From an uncultured SAR86 cluster bacterium (GTDB lineage Bacteria; Pseudomonadota; Gammaproteobacteria; Magnimaribacterales; AG-339-G14), in NCBI GenBank assembly GCA_902614235.1, contig CACMKG010000001.1:212401-276400 (forward strand): a stretch of 64,000 nucleotides of DNA, in the 5' to 3' direction. Shown piece after piece: positions 20,592-30,194 of the stretch. A model generated the notes under the pieces. It had not been told where the DNA came from. It saw nothing but the letters and a program-made list of their open reading frames with translations, and searched no databases. The translations under genes and the position numbers were made by a program. Each line of letters begins with the position of its first letter. The first letter of the stretch is position 1.

Positions 20592-21200
20592 ATGTTAATT
20601 GCATTGCCTAAAGGAAGATTGCTTCCAGAAATAAAAAAGTTATTTTCTAAAATCGAAATAGATTTTGATGAAAACTCTCGAAAACTAATAATTGAATCCT
20701 CTGAAGAAAATATAAAAATAGCTATTTTGAGAACTTGGGATATACCTAAGTTTGTAAATTATGGTGCTGCAGATCTTGGTGTTGTAGGAAAAGATATTTT
20801 ATTTGAGACGGATTTAGAAAATAATTATTACGAAATATTAGATTTGAAAATTGGAATTTGTAGGATGTCTCTCGCTTCATTGGATAATAAATTACCTAAA
20901 AATAAAAAAATAAAAGTTGCGACTAAATACCCCTCATTCGCTAAAGATTTTTTTTCCAAGCTCTCGAAAGACATTGATATTGTTATTTTAAAAGGAGCTA
21001 TAGAGATAGCACCAATTCTAGGTCTTTCAGATTGTATAGTTGATCTCGTTCAAACAGGGAAAACTTTAAAAGAAAATGGACTCAAAGAACTTGATTTAAT
21101 TTCAAATATTAGTTCTAAATTGATAGTGAATAAATCTTCATTTAAATCAAATAATAAAACTATTAAAAATTTACTAGAAAAACTTAAAAAAGAAATATGA
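20592..21200 (+). CDS. hisG: ATP phosphoribosyltransferase, short form (HisZ-dependent type)
   Basis: 202 aa. Lacks the C-terminal regulatory domain of long HisG. murA-hisG-hisD order as in Pseudomonas. Confidence 0.9.
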   Translation: MLIALPKGRLLPEIKKLFSKIEIDFDENSRKLIIESSEENIKIAILRTWDIPKFVNYGAADLGVVGKDILFETDLENNYYEILDLKIGICRMSLASLDNKLPKNKKIKVATKYPSFAKDFFSKLSKDIDIVILKGAIEIAPILGLSDCIVDLVQTGKTLKENGLKELDLISNISSKLIVNKSSFKSNNKTIKNLLEKLKKEI

Positions 21201-22516
21201 CAAGACATCTCATTCAAGAACTTTCTTTCGAAGATTTCATGAACAATTATGAGGCTATTAACCCACTTAAGACCTCTGAAAGATTAAAAAAAGAAGTTTC
21301 GAAGATTTTAGAAGAGGTAAAACTTTCTGAAGATGAAGCATTAATAAATTTTTCAAAGAAGTTTGATAATGTGGAATTTTCATCAGCTCAAAATTTTAAA
21401 TATGAAAAGAATGATTTTAGAAATGCTTATGAAAATATAGATAGTAAAATCATCAAAAACTTGGAATATTTAAAGTTGAGAATAACTAAGTTCCATTCAA
21501 AAAAAACAGTGACTGGTTGGAAATCAGAAGATTCGGCTTTCAATGAGTATGGACAAATAGTTAGACCGATAAATAGAGTAGGTTTATATGCTCCTGGAGG
21601 CACAGCTACCTATCCATCTTCTGTTTTAATGACTTCAGTTTTAGCCAATATTGCTGGAGTGAAAGAAATAATTTTAGCTTTTCCTCCTTCAGACGAAAAT
21701 ATTACAAATTTAATGTTAGCTTGTTGTCATATTGGCGGAGTAACAGAAGCATTTAGTATCGGCGGAGCACAATCTATCGCTGCTATGGCTTTTGGAACAG
21801 AATCCATAAAAAAAGTTGATAAAATTTTTGGCCCTGGAAATCAATATGTTGCAGAAGCTAAAAGACAGGTTTATGGAATAGTCGGTATTGATTCTTTAAC
21901 AGGCCCTTCTGAGGTGATGATAATTGCAGATGACTCAGCAAATCCAGAATATATAGCTGCTGATCTTCTTGCTCAAGCTGAGCACGGAGTAGATTCTTCA
22001 TGTTTCTTAGTTTTGATTGGTAGAGAAATAAAAAAAAATATTACCGATGCTTTGCAAAAACAACTATCCAATTTAAAAAGATCAGATATTGCTAAAAAAT
22101 CTTTAGAGAATTTTTCCTTTTTAGTTGAAGTAGAAAAATTTAATGAAGCAGAGTTAATCTGTAATTTTGTACATCCGGAACATTTACAAATTTCTTTAGA
22201 AAATTCAGAGCAACTGGTGAAAGAAAATTTATCGGCTGGAGCAATTTTTATAGGTTCTTCTAATAGCGCAGTTTTTGGTGATTATTGTGCAGGACCCAGC
22301 CATGTTATTCCTACTAACGGTGCTAGCAGGTTTAGCTCTCAAGTTAATTTAAGCGACTTTTTTGTTACATCTTCCTATTCTATTCTTACTGAAAATCATG
22401 ATAGTGATGAATTGCAAAAAGTCATTGATAGCTCAATTGACATAGCTGAGATGGAAGGGCTCTTTGCTCATTCCGAAGCATTGAAATATAGAAAAAAAAA
22501 TATAAAGTCTAATTAA
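21197..22516 (+). CDS. hisD: Histidinol dehydrogenase
   Basis: 439 aa. Contains AQAEHG and GDYCAGPSHVIPT. ATGA overlap with hisG. Confidence 0.93.
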   Translation: MTRHLIQELSFEDFMNNYEAINPLKTSERLKKEVSKILEEVKLSEDEALINFSKKFDNVEFSSAQNFKYEKNDFRNAYENIDSKIIKNLEYLKLRITKFHSKKTVTGWKSEDSAFNEYGQIVRPINRVGLYAPGGTATYPSSVLMTSVLANIAGVKEIILAFPPSDENITNLMLACCHIGGVTEAFSIGGAQSIAAMAFGTESIKKVDKIFGPGNQYVAEAKRQVYGIVGIDSLTGPSEVMIIADDSANPEYIAADLLAQAEHGVDSSCFLVLIGREIKKNITDALQKQLSNLKRSDIAKKSLENFSFLVEVEKFNEAELICNFVHPEHLQISLENSEQLVKENLSAGAIFIGSSNSAVFGDYCAGPSHVIPTNGASRFSSQVNLSDFFVTSSYSILTENHDSDELQKVIDSSIDIAEMEGLFAHSEALKYRKKNIKSN

Positions 22517-23258
22517 TAATTGCTCTATAACTATCCATAACTATATCTACAGGAATAGCAAAATTAAGCCCTTGACTTCCACCTGATGTGCTTTCAATAA
22601 AGTTGGTTATGCCAATTAATCTCCCTTTCGAATCAACCAAAGCTCCCCCAGAATTTCCAGGATTTATAGATGCATCAGTTTGAATGAAAGAACCATTTTT
22701 ATTTTTAAATTGTCTATTTATTGCACTAACAATTCCAATGCTAAAAGACTGACCTAATCCTTGCGGATTACCAATCGCAACGACAGTTTCTCCAACTCTA
22801 AGATCTTCCAAATCCTTTCTAATCTTCATTGGAAGGTAGGTTTTATTCCCCAAAGTTTTTATTACTGCAACATCTGCATCTAAATCAAATCCTATAATCA
22901 ATGCCTCTTCAGTTGTTCCATCATTAAATTCTACGATTAATTTTTGATTATTTTTAAAAGAGTCATCTACTACATGAAAGCTGGTAATTATATTTCCTTC
23001 TTCTGTGATGATGACTCCCGATCCATTGGGGACAAATCCTGTTTTGATTACTTGCTTAAATCTTTTAATTCCCAACAAATTCGATCTTTCTTGCCAAGCT
23101 TTCCATTTTTTTAAACTCCAAATATTCACTACTGAAGGAGAAGTTGTTTCCAAAGTTTTTGGTAAATTGTCATTTTGGTTCAAATTTAAAAACAAATAAC
23201 CTGAAAATACCCCTAAAAGAAGCCATAAAGATAAATTTTTAACAAAATTTTTGTTCAT
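22509..23258 (-). CDS. DegS/AlgW-like trypsin-fold serine protease without a PDZ domain
   Basis: 249 aa. N-terminal TM anchor. Catalytic triad contexts SFHVV, DADVAVIK and GNSGGAL. The protein ends right after the protease domain (GLNFAIPVD..). Confidence 0.8.
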   Translation of the reverse strand: MNKNFVKNLSLWLLLGVFSGYLFLNLNQNDNLPKTLETTSPSVVNIWSLKKWKAWQERSNLLGIKRFKQVIKTGFVPNGSGVIITEEGNIITSFHVVDDSFKNNQKLIVEFNDGTTEEALIIGFDLDADVAVIKTLGNKTYLPMKIRKDLEDLRVGETVVAIGNPQGLGQSFSIGIVSAINRQFKNKNGSFIQTDASINPGNSGGALVDSKGRLIGITNFIESTSGGSQGLNFAIPVDIVMDSYRAIIN

Positions 23259-23322
23259 ATCTATTGGAAATTATAATCTCTCTGAGTTAATATTCACGCC
23301 CTCCGTAGTTTAATTAATAGTT

Positions 23323-23751
23323 ATGAAAACAAAAAGTTATAAAAATACTGATTTGGATAAGAAGTGGCTTCTGCTTGATGCAAGAGATGAAACTTTAGGA
23401 AGACTAAGTTCTAAGATTGCATCTATTTTAATGGGTAAAAACAAAGCTCAATATACACCGCATAACGACCTAGGAGATTATGTAGTTGTTGTAAATGCAG
23501 AAAAGATCAGAGTTACAGGAAATAAAGACATTCAAAAAAAGTACTACAAACATACAGGTTATCCAGGAGGACTAAAGTCATCTACGTTTTCTGAAGTTAT
23601 CGAAAAAAACCCTGAAAATGTAATTTTAAAGGCTGTGAAAGGGATGCTACCTAAAAACAAACTTTCTAGTTCCATGATATCCAAATTAAAAGTATACGAA
23701 GGCGATAATCACCCTCATGCCGGACAAAATCCAATTAAAATTGAGCTTTGA
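23323..23751 (+). CDS. rplM: 50S ribosomal protein L13
   Basis: 142 aa. Contains [16 protein letters not shown]. Confidence 0.95.
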   Translation: MKTKSYKNTDLDKKWLLLDARDETLGRLSSKIASILMGKNKAQYTPHNDLGDYVVVVNAEKIRVTGNKDIQKKYYKHTGYPGGLKSSTFSEVIEKNPENVILKAVKGMLPKNKLSSSMISKLKVYEGDNHPHAGQNPIKIEL

Positions 23752-23753
23752 AA

Positions 23754-24146
23754 ATGGAAAATAACTTTACTTACGCTACTGGACGAAGAAAAACCTCAAC
23801 TGCAAGGGTTTACCTTACTAAAGGTAAGGGCAACATATTAGTAAATGATCTACCGTTAGAAGAATACTTTGGTAGGGAAGTTGCTAAAATACTCGTCAAA
23901 CAACCCTTGGTATTGCTTGATATGTTAGAAAAATTTGATATTAAAGTTAAAGTTTCAGGAGGTGGTTCATTTGGCCAGGCCGGTGCGATCAGACACGGCA
24001 TAGCTAGAGCCTTAGAAAAGTATGATGTTGACAATAGACCTTCTTTAAAGTCTGCAGGTTACCTAACTAGAGATTCTAGGAAATCTGAAAGAAAAAAAAT
24101 AGGTCTAGTAAAAGCAAGGAAATCAAAACAATTTAGTAAAAGATAA
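23754..24146 (+). CDS. rpsI: 30S ribosomal protein S9
   Basis: Start set at the ATG at 23754 ([19 protein letters not shown], compare E. coli MAENQYYGTGRRK). C-terminal [11 protein letters not shown]. Confidence 0.95.
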   Translation: MENNFTYATGRRKTSTARVYLTKGKGNILVNDLPLEEYFGREVAKILVKQPLVLLDMLEKFDIKVKVSGGGSFGQAGAIRHGIARALEKYDVDNRPSLKSAGYLTRDSRKSERKKIGLVKARKSKQFSKR

Positions 24147-24151
24147 AATTT

Positions 24152-24748
24152 ATGGTTCAACCAATCTCTCCTCCCAATCCAGGTAGAAGAAAGTTCTTAT
24201 CATATGCCACCAGCTTTTTAGGTTTAATTGGTGCGGCTTTCGTCGCTGTGCCTTTCCTAAGTGCTTTCAAGCCCAGTGCGAGAGCCGAGGCTGCAGGAGC
24301 ACCCGTTCAAGTTGATATTTCAAACATAGGTTCTGGAGAAATGATGGTAGTGGAGTGGAGAGGAAAACCCGTTTTTGTGGTTAAAATTTCCGACAATTCT
24401 ATAAAACTGCTTAGTCAAGTTGATTCTAAACTTGCAGACCCTTTATTGGAAACGCCTTTTCAACCTGAATATGCAAAAAATGAATTTAGATCACGAAAAG
24501 AGGGCATCGCTGTAATAACAGGAGTATGTTCTCATTTAGGTTGTTCTCCAAAATATTATCCTGAGGCTGGTTCGACTGATTTTGATCCTGATTGGCAAGG
24601 AGGATTTTTTTGTCCTTGTCATGGATCTAAATTCGATCTTTTGGGTAGAGTTTATGCTGGAGTTCCGGCGCCTACTAATATGGAAGTGCCTCCACATTAT
24701 TTCTCAAAAGAAAACATTTTAGTAATAGGGTCCGACGGAGTTTCATAA
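24152..24748 (+). CDS. petA: Ubiquinol-cytochrome c reductase Rieske iron-sulfur subunit
   Basis: 198 aa. Tat motif GRRKFL. Rieske boxes CSHLGC and CPCHGS. Confidence 0.93.
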   Translation: MVQPISPPNPGRRKFLSYATSFLGLIGAAFVAVPFLSAFKPSARAEAAGAPVQVDISNIGSGEMMVVEWRGKPVFVVKISDNSIKLLSQVDSKLADPLLETPFQPEYAKNEFRSRKEGIAVITGVCSHLGCSPKYYPEAGSTDFDPDWQGGFFCPCHGSKFDLLGRVYAGVPAPTNMEVPPHYFSKENILVIGSDGVS

Positions 24749-26004
24749 TGGCTGCAAATGAAAAAAATTCAGGTGGAATAGTTAACTGGTTTGATACCAG
24801 ATTCCCTGTAACAGACTTACTTGAGAGACATTTATCTAAATATCCTGCACCAACCAATTTAAATTTTTGGTATTTGTTTGGGTTTTTAATGATTGTGGTT
24901 CTCGCGATGCAAATTCTTACAGGTTTGTGGTTAATGATGAATTATACTAATACTGCTGAAGAAGCCTTTTCCTCCGTCGAATATATTATGCGAGACGTAG
25001 AATACGGTTGGCTTTTAAGATATATGCATGCAGCGGGAGCCTCTGCTTTTTTCGCTCTAATTTATTTACATATGTTCAGGGGCATGATGTATGGCTCCTA
25101 CAGAAAACCAAGAGAATTAATCTGGGTCGGAGGCTGGGTTACCTATGTACTTCTCTGCGCAGAAGGATTCACTGGATATGTTCTTCCCTGGGGCCAAATG
25201 TCTTTTTGGGCTGCTCAAGTAATAATTTCTTTGCTAGGTTCGATACCAATCATAGGAGAAGATCTAGCTACTTGGATTAGAGGTGATTATTTAATTTCGG
25301 GAATTACTTTGTCTAGATTATTTGCTTTTCACGTAGTTTTACTTCCGATAATGATAATCGCAGTTGTATTTTTCCATATTTTGGCTCTTCATGAAATTGG
25401 ATCTAATAATCCAGATGGAATCGATATCAAAAAGCATGTCGATAAAGATGGAGTTCCATTGGATTCTAAACCGTTTTATCCATACGATATCACTCATGAT
25501 ATTTATGCTTTGGGAGTATTTCTTCTTATTTTTTGCTCGGTTGTATTCTTTTTTCCAGAGGGAGGAGGGTATGTCCTAGAGTATGTGAATTTTGAGCCAG
25601 CAAATCCTCTTTCAACTCCCGCTCATATAGTTCCATCATGGTACTTCACACCTTTTTATGCAATGTTAAGAGCAGTAGATTTTTCTTTATTTGGTTTCAC
25701 TGCAAAATTTCTTGGATTCGTCACAATGGCGGCTGGAATTGCTATCTTTGCTGCTTTGCCATGGTTAGATAGAAGTCCTGTGAAGTCAATTAGATACAAA
25801 GGAATTTTAAGTAAGGCATTTTTAGCAGGATTCGTAGTAAGCTTTTTTGTCTTAGGCTATTTGGGTGCCGTACCGCCGTCTGACTTAAAGAACCTCTTAG
25901 CGAAGGTCTTTACTGTGGTTTATTTTTCATACTTTTTATTAATGCCAATCTATACCAGGCTAGAAAAATGCAAACCTGTTCCGGAGAGAGCTCCTGGGCA
26001 TTGA
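24748..26004 (+). CDS. petB: Cytochrome b
   Basis: 418 aa polytopic protein with conserved cytochrome b segments ([12 protein letters not shown], HxxGxNNP). Confidence 0.95.
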   Translation: MAANEKNSGGIVNWFDTRFPVTDLLERHLSKYPAPTNLNFWYLFGFLMIVVLAMQILTGLWLMMNYTNTAEEAFSSVEYIMRDVEYGWLLRYMHAAGASAFFALIYLHMFRGMMYGSYRKPRELIWVGGWVTYVLLCAEGFTGYVLPWGQMSFWAAQVIISLLGSIPIIGEDLATWIRGDYLISGITLSRLFAFHVVLLPIMIIAVVFFHILALHEIGSNNPDGIDIKKHVDKDGVPLDSKPFYPYDITHDIYALGVFLLIFCSVVFFFPEGGGYVLEYVNFEPANPLSTPAHIVPSWYFTPFYAMLRAVDFSLFGFTAKFLGFVTMAAGIAIFAALPWLDRSPVKSIRYKGILSKAFLAGFVVSFFVLGYLGAVPPSDLKNLLAKVFTVVYFSYFLLMPIYTRLEKCKPVPERAPGH

Positions 26005-26006
26005 AG

Positions 26007-26666
26007 ATGAGACTTCTCTTTATAATTCTGTTTTTTTCTAGTTTTTCTTTTAGCGCAGAGGGAGATTTTAATTGTGGAACGATTGAGTGTGATAACTTTT
26101 CCGCCGATACAACTGATCTAGCTTCCTTACAATCTGGATTAACGACATACATGAATAATTGCTATGGCTGTCATTCTTTGAAGTATTCTAGGTACAACAG
26201 AGTTGCTAAAGATTTAAAAATACCAATAGAAATTTACCAAGAGAATCTTATATTCGACGGGTCCAAACCGGGCGAATTAATGAATATAAGTCTTAATGAA
26301 AAAGACGCCGTCGAATGGATAGGAGCTAAACCACCTGACTTAACTTTGGAGGCAAGAATCAGAAAACCAGAGTGGATATATACTTATTTAAGAACTTATT
26401 ATCCCGATGCTTCCAGACCATACGGAGTGAACAATAAAGTCTATCAAAATGTATCTATGCCAAACGTTTTGGAAGACCTTCAACTTAATCTTTCTGCAGC
26501 TGAATTTGATAAAGTTATTTATGACCTTACAAATTTTTTAGTTTATGTTGCTGATCCTTCTGCTAACGAAAGAAAAAGAATAGGAGTTTATGTTTTGCTG
26601 TTTCTGTTATTATTTACTTCTTTCGCTTATCTAACATACAGAGAATTTAAAAAAGAGCTTAAATAG
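26007..26666 (+). CDS. petC: Cytochrome c1
   Basis: Start set at the ATG at 26007 (MRLLFIILFF signal peptide), 3 nt after the petB stop. Heme motif CYGCHS and a C-terminal TM anchor. Confidence 0.88.
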   Translation: MRLLFIILFFSSFSFSAEGDFNCGTIECDNFSADTTDLASLQSGLTTYMNNCYGCHSLKYSRYNRVAKDLKIPIEIYQENLIFDGSKPGELMNISLNEKDAVEWIGAKPPDLTLEARIRKPEWIYTYLRTYYPDASRPYGVNNKVYQNVSMPNVLEDLQLNLSAAEFDKVIYDLTNFLVYVADPSANERKRIGVYVLLFLLLFTSFAYLTYREFKKELK

Positions 26667-26668
26667 AA

Positions 26669-27304
26669 ATGAGTTTACTCAATAACCGTTCAAACATGGT
26701 CTTGTTTCAAAATGAAATGGGTCATAGAAGTCAAAAAATAAGAATGGTTCTCTCTGAGAAAGGCATAGCTTGTGACTTTGAAAGTTTAGATCCAGAAAAT
26801 ATACCTACCGAAATTTTGGAAGTTAATCCTTCAGGTAGTCTTCCTTTATTAATAGATAGAGAACTTTCTTTATATCACTCTGGTTTAATTGTCGAATATT
26901 TAGATGAGAGATTTCCTCATCCTCCTTTGTTACCTGTCTATCCTGTTGCGAGAGCCCAAACAAGGCTTATTCTTCACAGAATAGAGGCAGATTGGTGTGA
27001 GCCAATGGACATCATAGAAGAAGGGTCTGCTTCAAAAAATGAAAAAACGAAAAATAAGAAAATTCTTGAAAAAAACTTATCTAATTCCTTATCTTTATTT
27101 AACAATCAAAACTTCTTCAGAAGCGACGAACTCACTGTTCTAGATACGGTAATTATGCCAATTTTGTTTAGGTTGTCTTTTTATGGAATCAAATTACCGT
27201 CTAATAAGGCTGCAAAACCCTTAAATGAATATTTAGAACGTATGAGAGAACATAAAAGTTTTGCTGATAGCATTTCGGAATCTGAAAAAGAATTGCTAAT
27301 TTAA
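26669..27304 (+). CDS. sspA: Stringent starvation protein A (GST-like)
   Basis: 211 aa, GST fold. Conserved position after petABC. Confidence 0.8.
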   Translation: MSLLNNRSNMVLFQNEMGHRSQKIRMVLSEKGIACDFESLDPENIPTEILEVNPSGSLPLLIDRELSLYHSGLIVEYLDERFPHPPLLPVYPVARAQTRLILHRIEADWCEPMDIIEEGSASKNEKTKNKKILEKNLSNSLSLFNNQNFFRSDELTVLDTVIMPILFRLSFYGIKLPSNKAAKPLNEYLERMREHKSFADSISESEKELLI

Positions 27305-28450
27305 ACTTTGAATCAATTTTCCTTCCTCAAAAGAAACGTTGATAGGTTGAATTTTAATTTGATTTTTCGAGTAGTAATACGCTCCTAAAAGACCAAAGTA
27401 ATTATTGCCACGATTTATGAAATTTATCAGGTCGAATCCTAAAGAATAATTAATTTTTGATTCTGGAGAATAAGAGAAAAAATTCTTATTTCCAAGATTT
27501 ATTCGGTTAACTAAAATAGGAAACTCTAAACCATAAGTTCCTTCCAAATCACTCATTGATGAAGTTTCTTTCCATACGTCAAAATGATTGGGTAAATTAT
27601 AAATTTCTAAATCAAAAAGTAGATTATATTTAAATGCCGGAATGATCCTGTTGGCTGTATCCGAACTGGAACTTAGGAATACTTTGGAAATATCTTTTCT
27701 TGATCTTGAAATAAATTTGAGATCTTGACCAATGGTTTTTTGAAGATCATTTCCTCTTTTTTCGCTATTTTTCAAATCAAAAGCAGAGGCTATTTCATCT
27801 TCAAAGTTTTTTGAATCTTCAATTAATAAAAAATTATCTGGATTATATTTAATTTCTTTTCCCTTAAGAGCAAATCTTAGTTTTTCTATCTCATTTATAT
27901 TTTTTGTGATGAATAAGTAATCTTCATTAGCAAATAGATCATTTAAGACTAATCCCTCAAAAAAATTTTGGTCATTAAGACTTATAAAATTACCACTAAA
28001 GACATCTTTTTTTTCTTCGAGGTAGACCAATAATAAATTTGAATCATAGTTATTGAGACAATTGGCATTTAATAAATCAGGCGTAGTTGGAAATACAATA
28101 ATTTTATACGAAGTTGAGTTAGTTACTTCTTTACAAAGATCCTCAAAGATAATTTCTTTAAAAGAAATTTCTCTTCTATTTTTCTCTAAAGATTTCTGAA
28201 AAAAGAAAGATGTTCTAGCGCCTTCAAGAAATATATTAGTTTTATTAGTGTCGTCATCAAAATAAATAAGGTGAAAATCTTTGGTTTGAGATGAAGCAGA
28301 GATGCTTTTCAGTAATTTCTTGCTGATATCATTTGGATTATCATCTCCATAAAAGTTTATAATTCTTGAATTGCTAGTTGTGGCACAGCAAGATAGGATT
28401 AAAAGTACCGCAGATATAAAAAGTATTTTTTTTGGAGTAATGCTATTCAT
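27296..28450 (-). CDS. lpoA: LpoA-like lipoprotein (PBP1a activator family), C-terminal domain only
   Basis: 384 aa. Lipobox LILSC. SRSRKDISKVFLSSSSDTANRIIPAFKY and the C-terminal GLLGAYYYSKNQIKIQP resemble the LpoA C-domain. Divergent from rsmI, as yraM/yraL are in E. coli. Confidence 0.55.
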   Translation of the reverse strand: MNSITPKKILFISAVLLILSCCATTSNSRIINFYGDDNPNDISKKLLKSISASSQTKDFHLIYFDDDTNKTNIFLEGARTSFFFQKSLEKNRREISFKEIIFEDLCKEVTNSTSYKIIVFPTTPDLLNANCLNNYDSNLLLVYLEEKKDVFSGNFISLNDQNFFEGLVLNDLFANEDYLFITKNINEIEKLRFALKGKEIKYNPDNFLLIEDSKNFEDEIASAFDLKNSEKRGNDLQKTIGQDLKFISRSRKDISKVFLSSSSDTANRIIPAFKYNLLFDLEIYNLPNHFDVWKETSSMSDLEGTYGLEFPILVNRINLGNKNFFSYSPESKINYSLGFDLINFINRGNNYFGLLGAYYYSKNQIKIQPINVSFEEGKLIQSLN

Positions 28451-28468
28451 TTTTCAGGAACATTATAT

Positions 28469-29278
28469 TTGGTTGCAACACCAATTGGTAATTTAGGAGA
28501 TTTCTCATTTAGAGCTATAGAAACTCTCAATGAGTCAGATTTAATTCTTTGCGAAGATACCAGAAAAGCAAAAGTATTCTTAAAAGAATTTGATATCAAA
28601 ACTAAATGTAAATCTTTGCATGAATTTACCAATCCTAAAGTCATAGAAAAATATATTTCTTATCTTAAAACAGGCAAATGCATAGCTTTAATTTCTGACG
28701 CAGGAACTCCTTTAATATCAGATCCAGGTTACGAGATTGTTAAAAGGTCAAAGGAAGAACAAATAATGGTAAATCCGATTCCAGGCCCAAGTTCAGTAAT
28801 TTCAGCTTTAGTAGCCTCAGGACTAAAAATAGATAAATTTATTTTTGAGGGTTTTCCTCCAAGAAAAGCAAATGAACTTGAAAGTTATTTGGAAAAATTT
28901 CTTTTTGAGAAAAGGACTTTAGTTTTATTTGAATCACCAAGAAGAATTAAAAAATTAGTACAAACTTCTTTAAAAATCTTTGGAGGAAAAAGGCGAGTAT
29001 GTCTTGCAAAAGATATTTCAAAATTACACCAAAAATTTTTTACTGGAACAATTGAAGCTCTTTTAAATCAAATAGAAAAAAATATAAATTTAGAAAAAGG
29101 TGAAATAGTTTTTTTAATTGAAGGAACAAAAGATAAGGCGGCTATTAATGATGCTAATTTAGAGATTCTAGTAAAAAGTTTAAAAGCCGACTTGCCATTA
29201 AGAAAAATTTCCAAAGTTGCTTCAAAAATCTCTAAAAAAACATCTAAAGAAATATACGACACTTTTAAAAAAAACTAA
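28469..29278 (+). CDS. rsmI: 16S rRNA 2'-O-methyltransferase RsmI
   Basis: 269 aa with a TTG start. Contains ATPIGNLGD, CEDTR and SDAGTPLISDPG. Confidence 0.9.
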   Translation: MVATPIGNLGDFSFRAIETLNESDLILCEDTRKAKVFLKEFDIKTKCKSLHEFTNPKVIEKYISYLKTGKCIALISDAGTPLISDPGYEIVKRSKEEQIMVNPIPGPSSVISALVASGLKIDKFIFEGFPPRKANELESYLEKFLFEKRTLVLFESPRRIKKLVQTSLKIFGGKRRVCLAKDISKLHQKFFTGTIEALLNQIEKNINLEKGEIVFLIEGTKDKAAINDANLEILVKSLKADLPLRKISKVASKISKKTSKEIYDTFKKN

Positions 29279-29287
29279 TATAATGCC

Positions 29288-29628
29288 GGCGAGCTAACCG
29301 AGTAATCGCTGATTTTTTAAATCAGAGGAAAGTCCGGGCTCCGAAGGATAAGACGCCAGGTAACGCCTGGGAGTAACGAAAGTTATTACGGCTAGTGCAG
29401 CAGAAAATAAACCGCCTAATTTTAGGTAAGGGTGAAAAGGTGAGGTAAGAGCTCACCGTATATCTGGAAACAGATATAGCTAGGTAAACCCCGTCTGGAG
29501 CAAGACTAAATAGAGATTCTTTAATGTTATCCGCATTGAATCTGGGTAAGTTGCTAGAGATTTATGGTGACATAAATCCAAGATGAATGATTACATAAAA
29601 CAGAACCCGGCTTATGGGTTAGCTCTCT
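29288..29628 (+). ncRNA. rnpB: RNase P RNA, bacterial type A
   Basis: P1 pairing GAGCTAACC (29291-29299) with GGTTAGCTC (29617-29625). Universal P4 elements GAGGAAAGTCCGGGCTCC and ACAGAACCCGGCTTA. Also GGTAAGGGTGAAA and GGTAAACCCC modules. Lies between rsmI and mraZ, as in Pseudomonas. Confidence 0.93.
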
Positions 29629-29661
29629 ATTTAAACTTTAAATACCCCACTTAAATGCTTC

Positions 29662-29705
29662 TAAAGTGTGTAAAAGTGTGTAAAAATAGTCCGTAGTGTG
29701 ACAAA
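29662..29705 (+). promoter_or_regulatory. Putative MraZ operator: phased GTGTG direct repeats upstream of mraZ
   Basis: AAAGTGTGTA AAAGTGTGTA AAAATAGTCC GTAGTGTGAC. GTGTG occurs at 29666, 29676 and 29696, so the period is 10 nt with a degenerate third slot. This matches the published logic of MraZ boxes (GTGGG/GTGTG-type repeats with 10-nt phasing). The mraZ ATG is at 29718. Confidence 0.55.
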
Positions 29706-29717
29706 AGGGACTAATTT

Positions 29718-30194
29718 ATGGCTGGAATTTATGGTTTGAGCAGTCTTGTCTTAGACAATAAGGGAAGAATTGCAATGCCTGCTAAGTATAAAGAGCAACT
29801 CAGAGAGTTAGCTGCAGGCTCTCTTATTGTTACTAGAGATCCTCAGTATCCATCTTTGCTTATATATCCGGGTAATTTATGGAGAGAAATTTCAAGTTCT
29901 TTTGAAAACTTATCGGGATTAAACCCTCAATTAAGAGCTTTGCAGTGGAATTTTTTAGGGAACGCACATCAAATAGATTTTGAAGTTTCTGAAAGAATGA
30001 ATATCTTATTTCCGCAAACATTAAGAGAGTATGCTCAATTAAAAGAAAAACAAAAAGTAATTTTAATTGGAATGGGGCAAAAGTTTGAACTTTGGAGTGA
30101 AAAAAACTGGAAAGTCAAAGAACTTGGTAAGGAAATCAAAGGGGAAAGAATAGATATTGAACTCCCCGAAGAGGTAAGGAGGATTCCATTCTAA
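29718..30194 (+). CDS. mraZ: Transcriptional regulator MraZ
   Basis: 158 aa. DNKGRIAMP-type duplicated SpoVT/AbrB-like halves. AAGGGA SD. Confidence 0.93.
   Translation: MAGIYGLSSLVLDNKGRIAMPAKYKEQLRELAAGSLIVTRDPQYPSLLIYPGNLWREISSSFENLSGLNPQLRALQWNFLGNAHQIDFEVSERMNILFPQTLREYAQLKEKQKVILIGMGQKFELWSEKNWKVKELGKEIKGERIDIELPEEVRRIPF

Noticed and set aside
25008-25579. Two plus-strand out-of-frame ORFs (90 aa and 71 aa) inside petB
   Set aside because: These are alternative frames of the relatively GC-richer cytochrome b gene. I see no independent support for them.
28447-28644. 65-aa minus-strand ORF that overlaps the rsmI 5' end and abuts lpoA
   Set aside because: It lies entirely inside the rsmI coding sequence on the opposite strand and has no motifs. 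I treat it as a shadow ORF.
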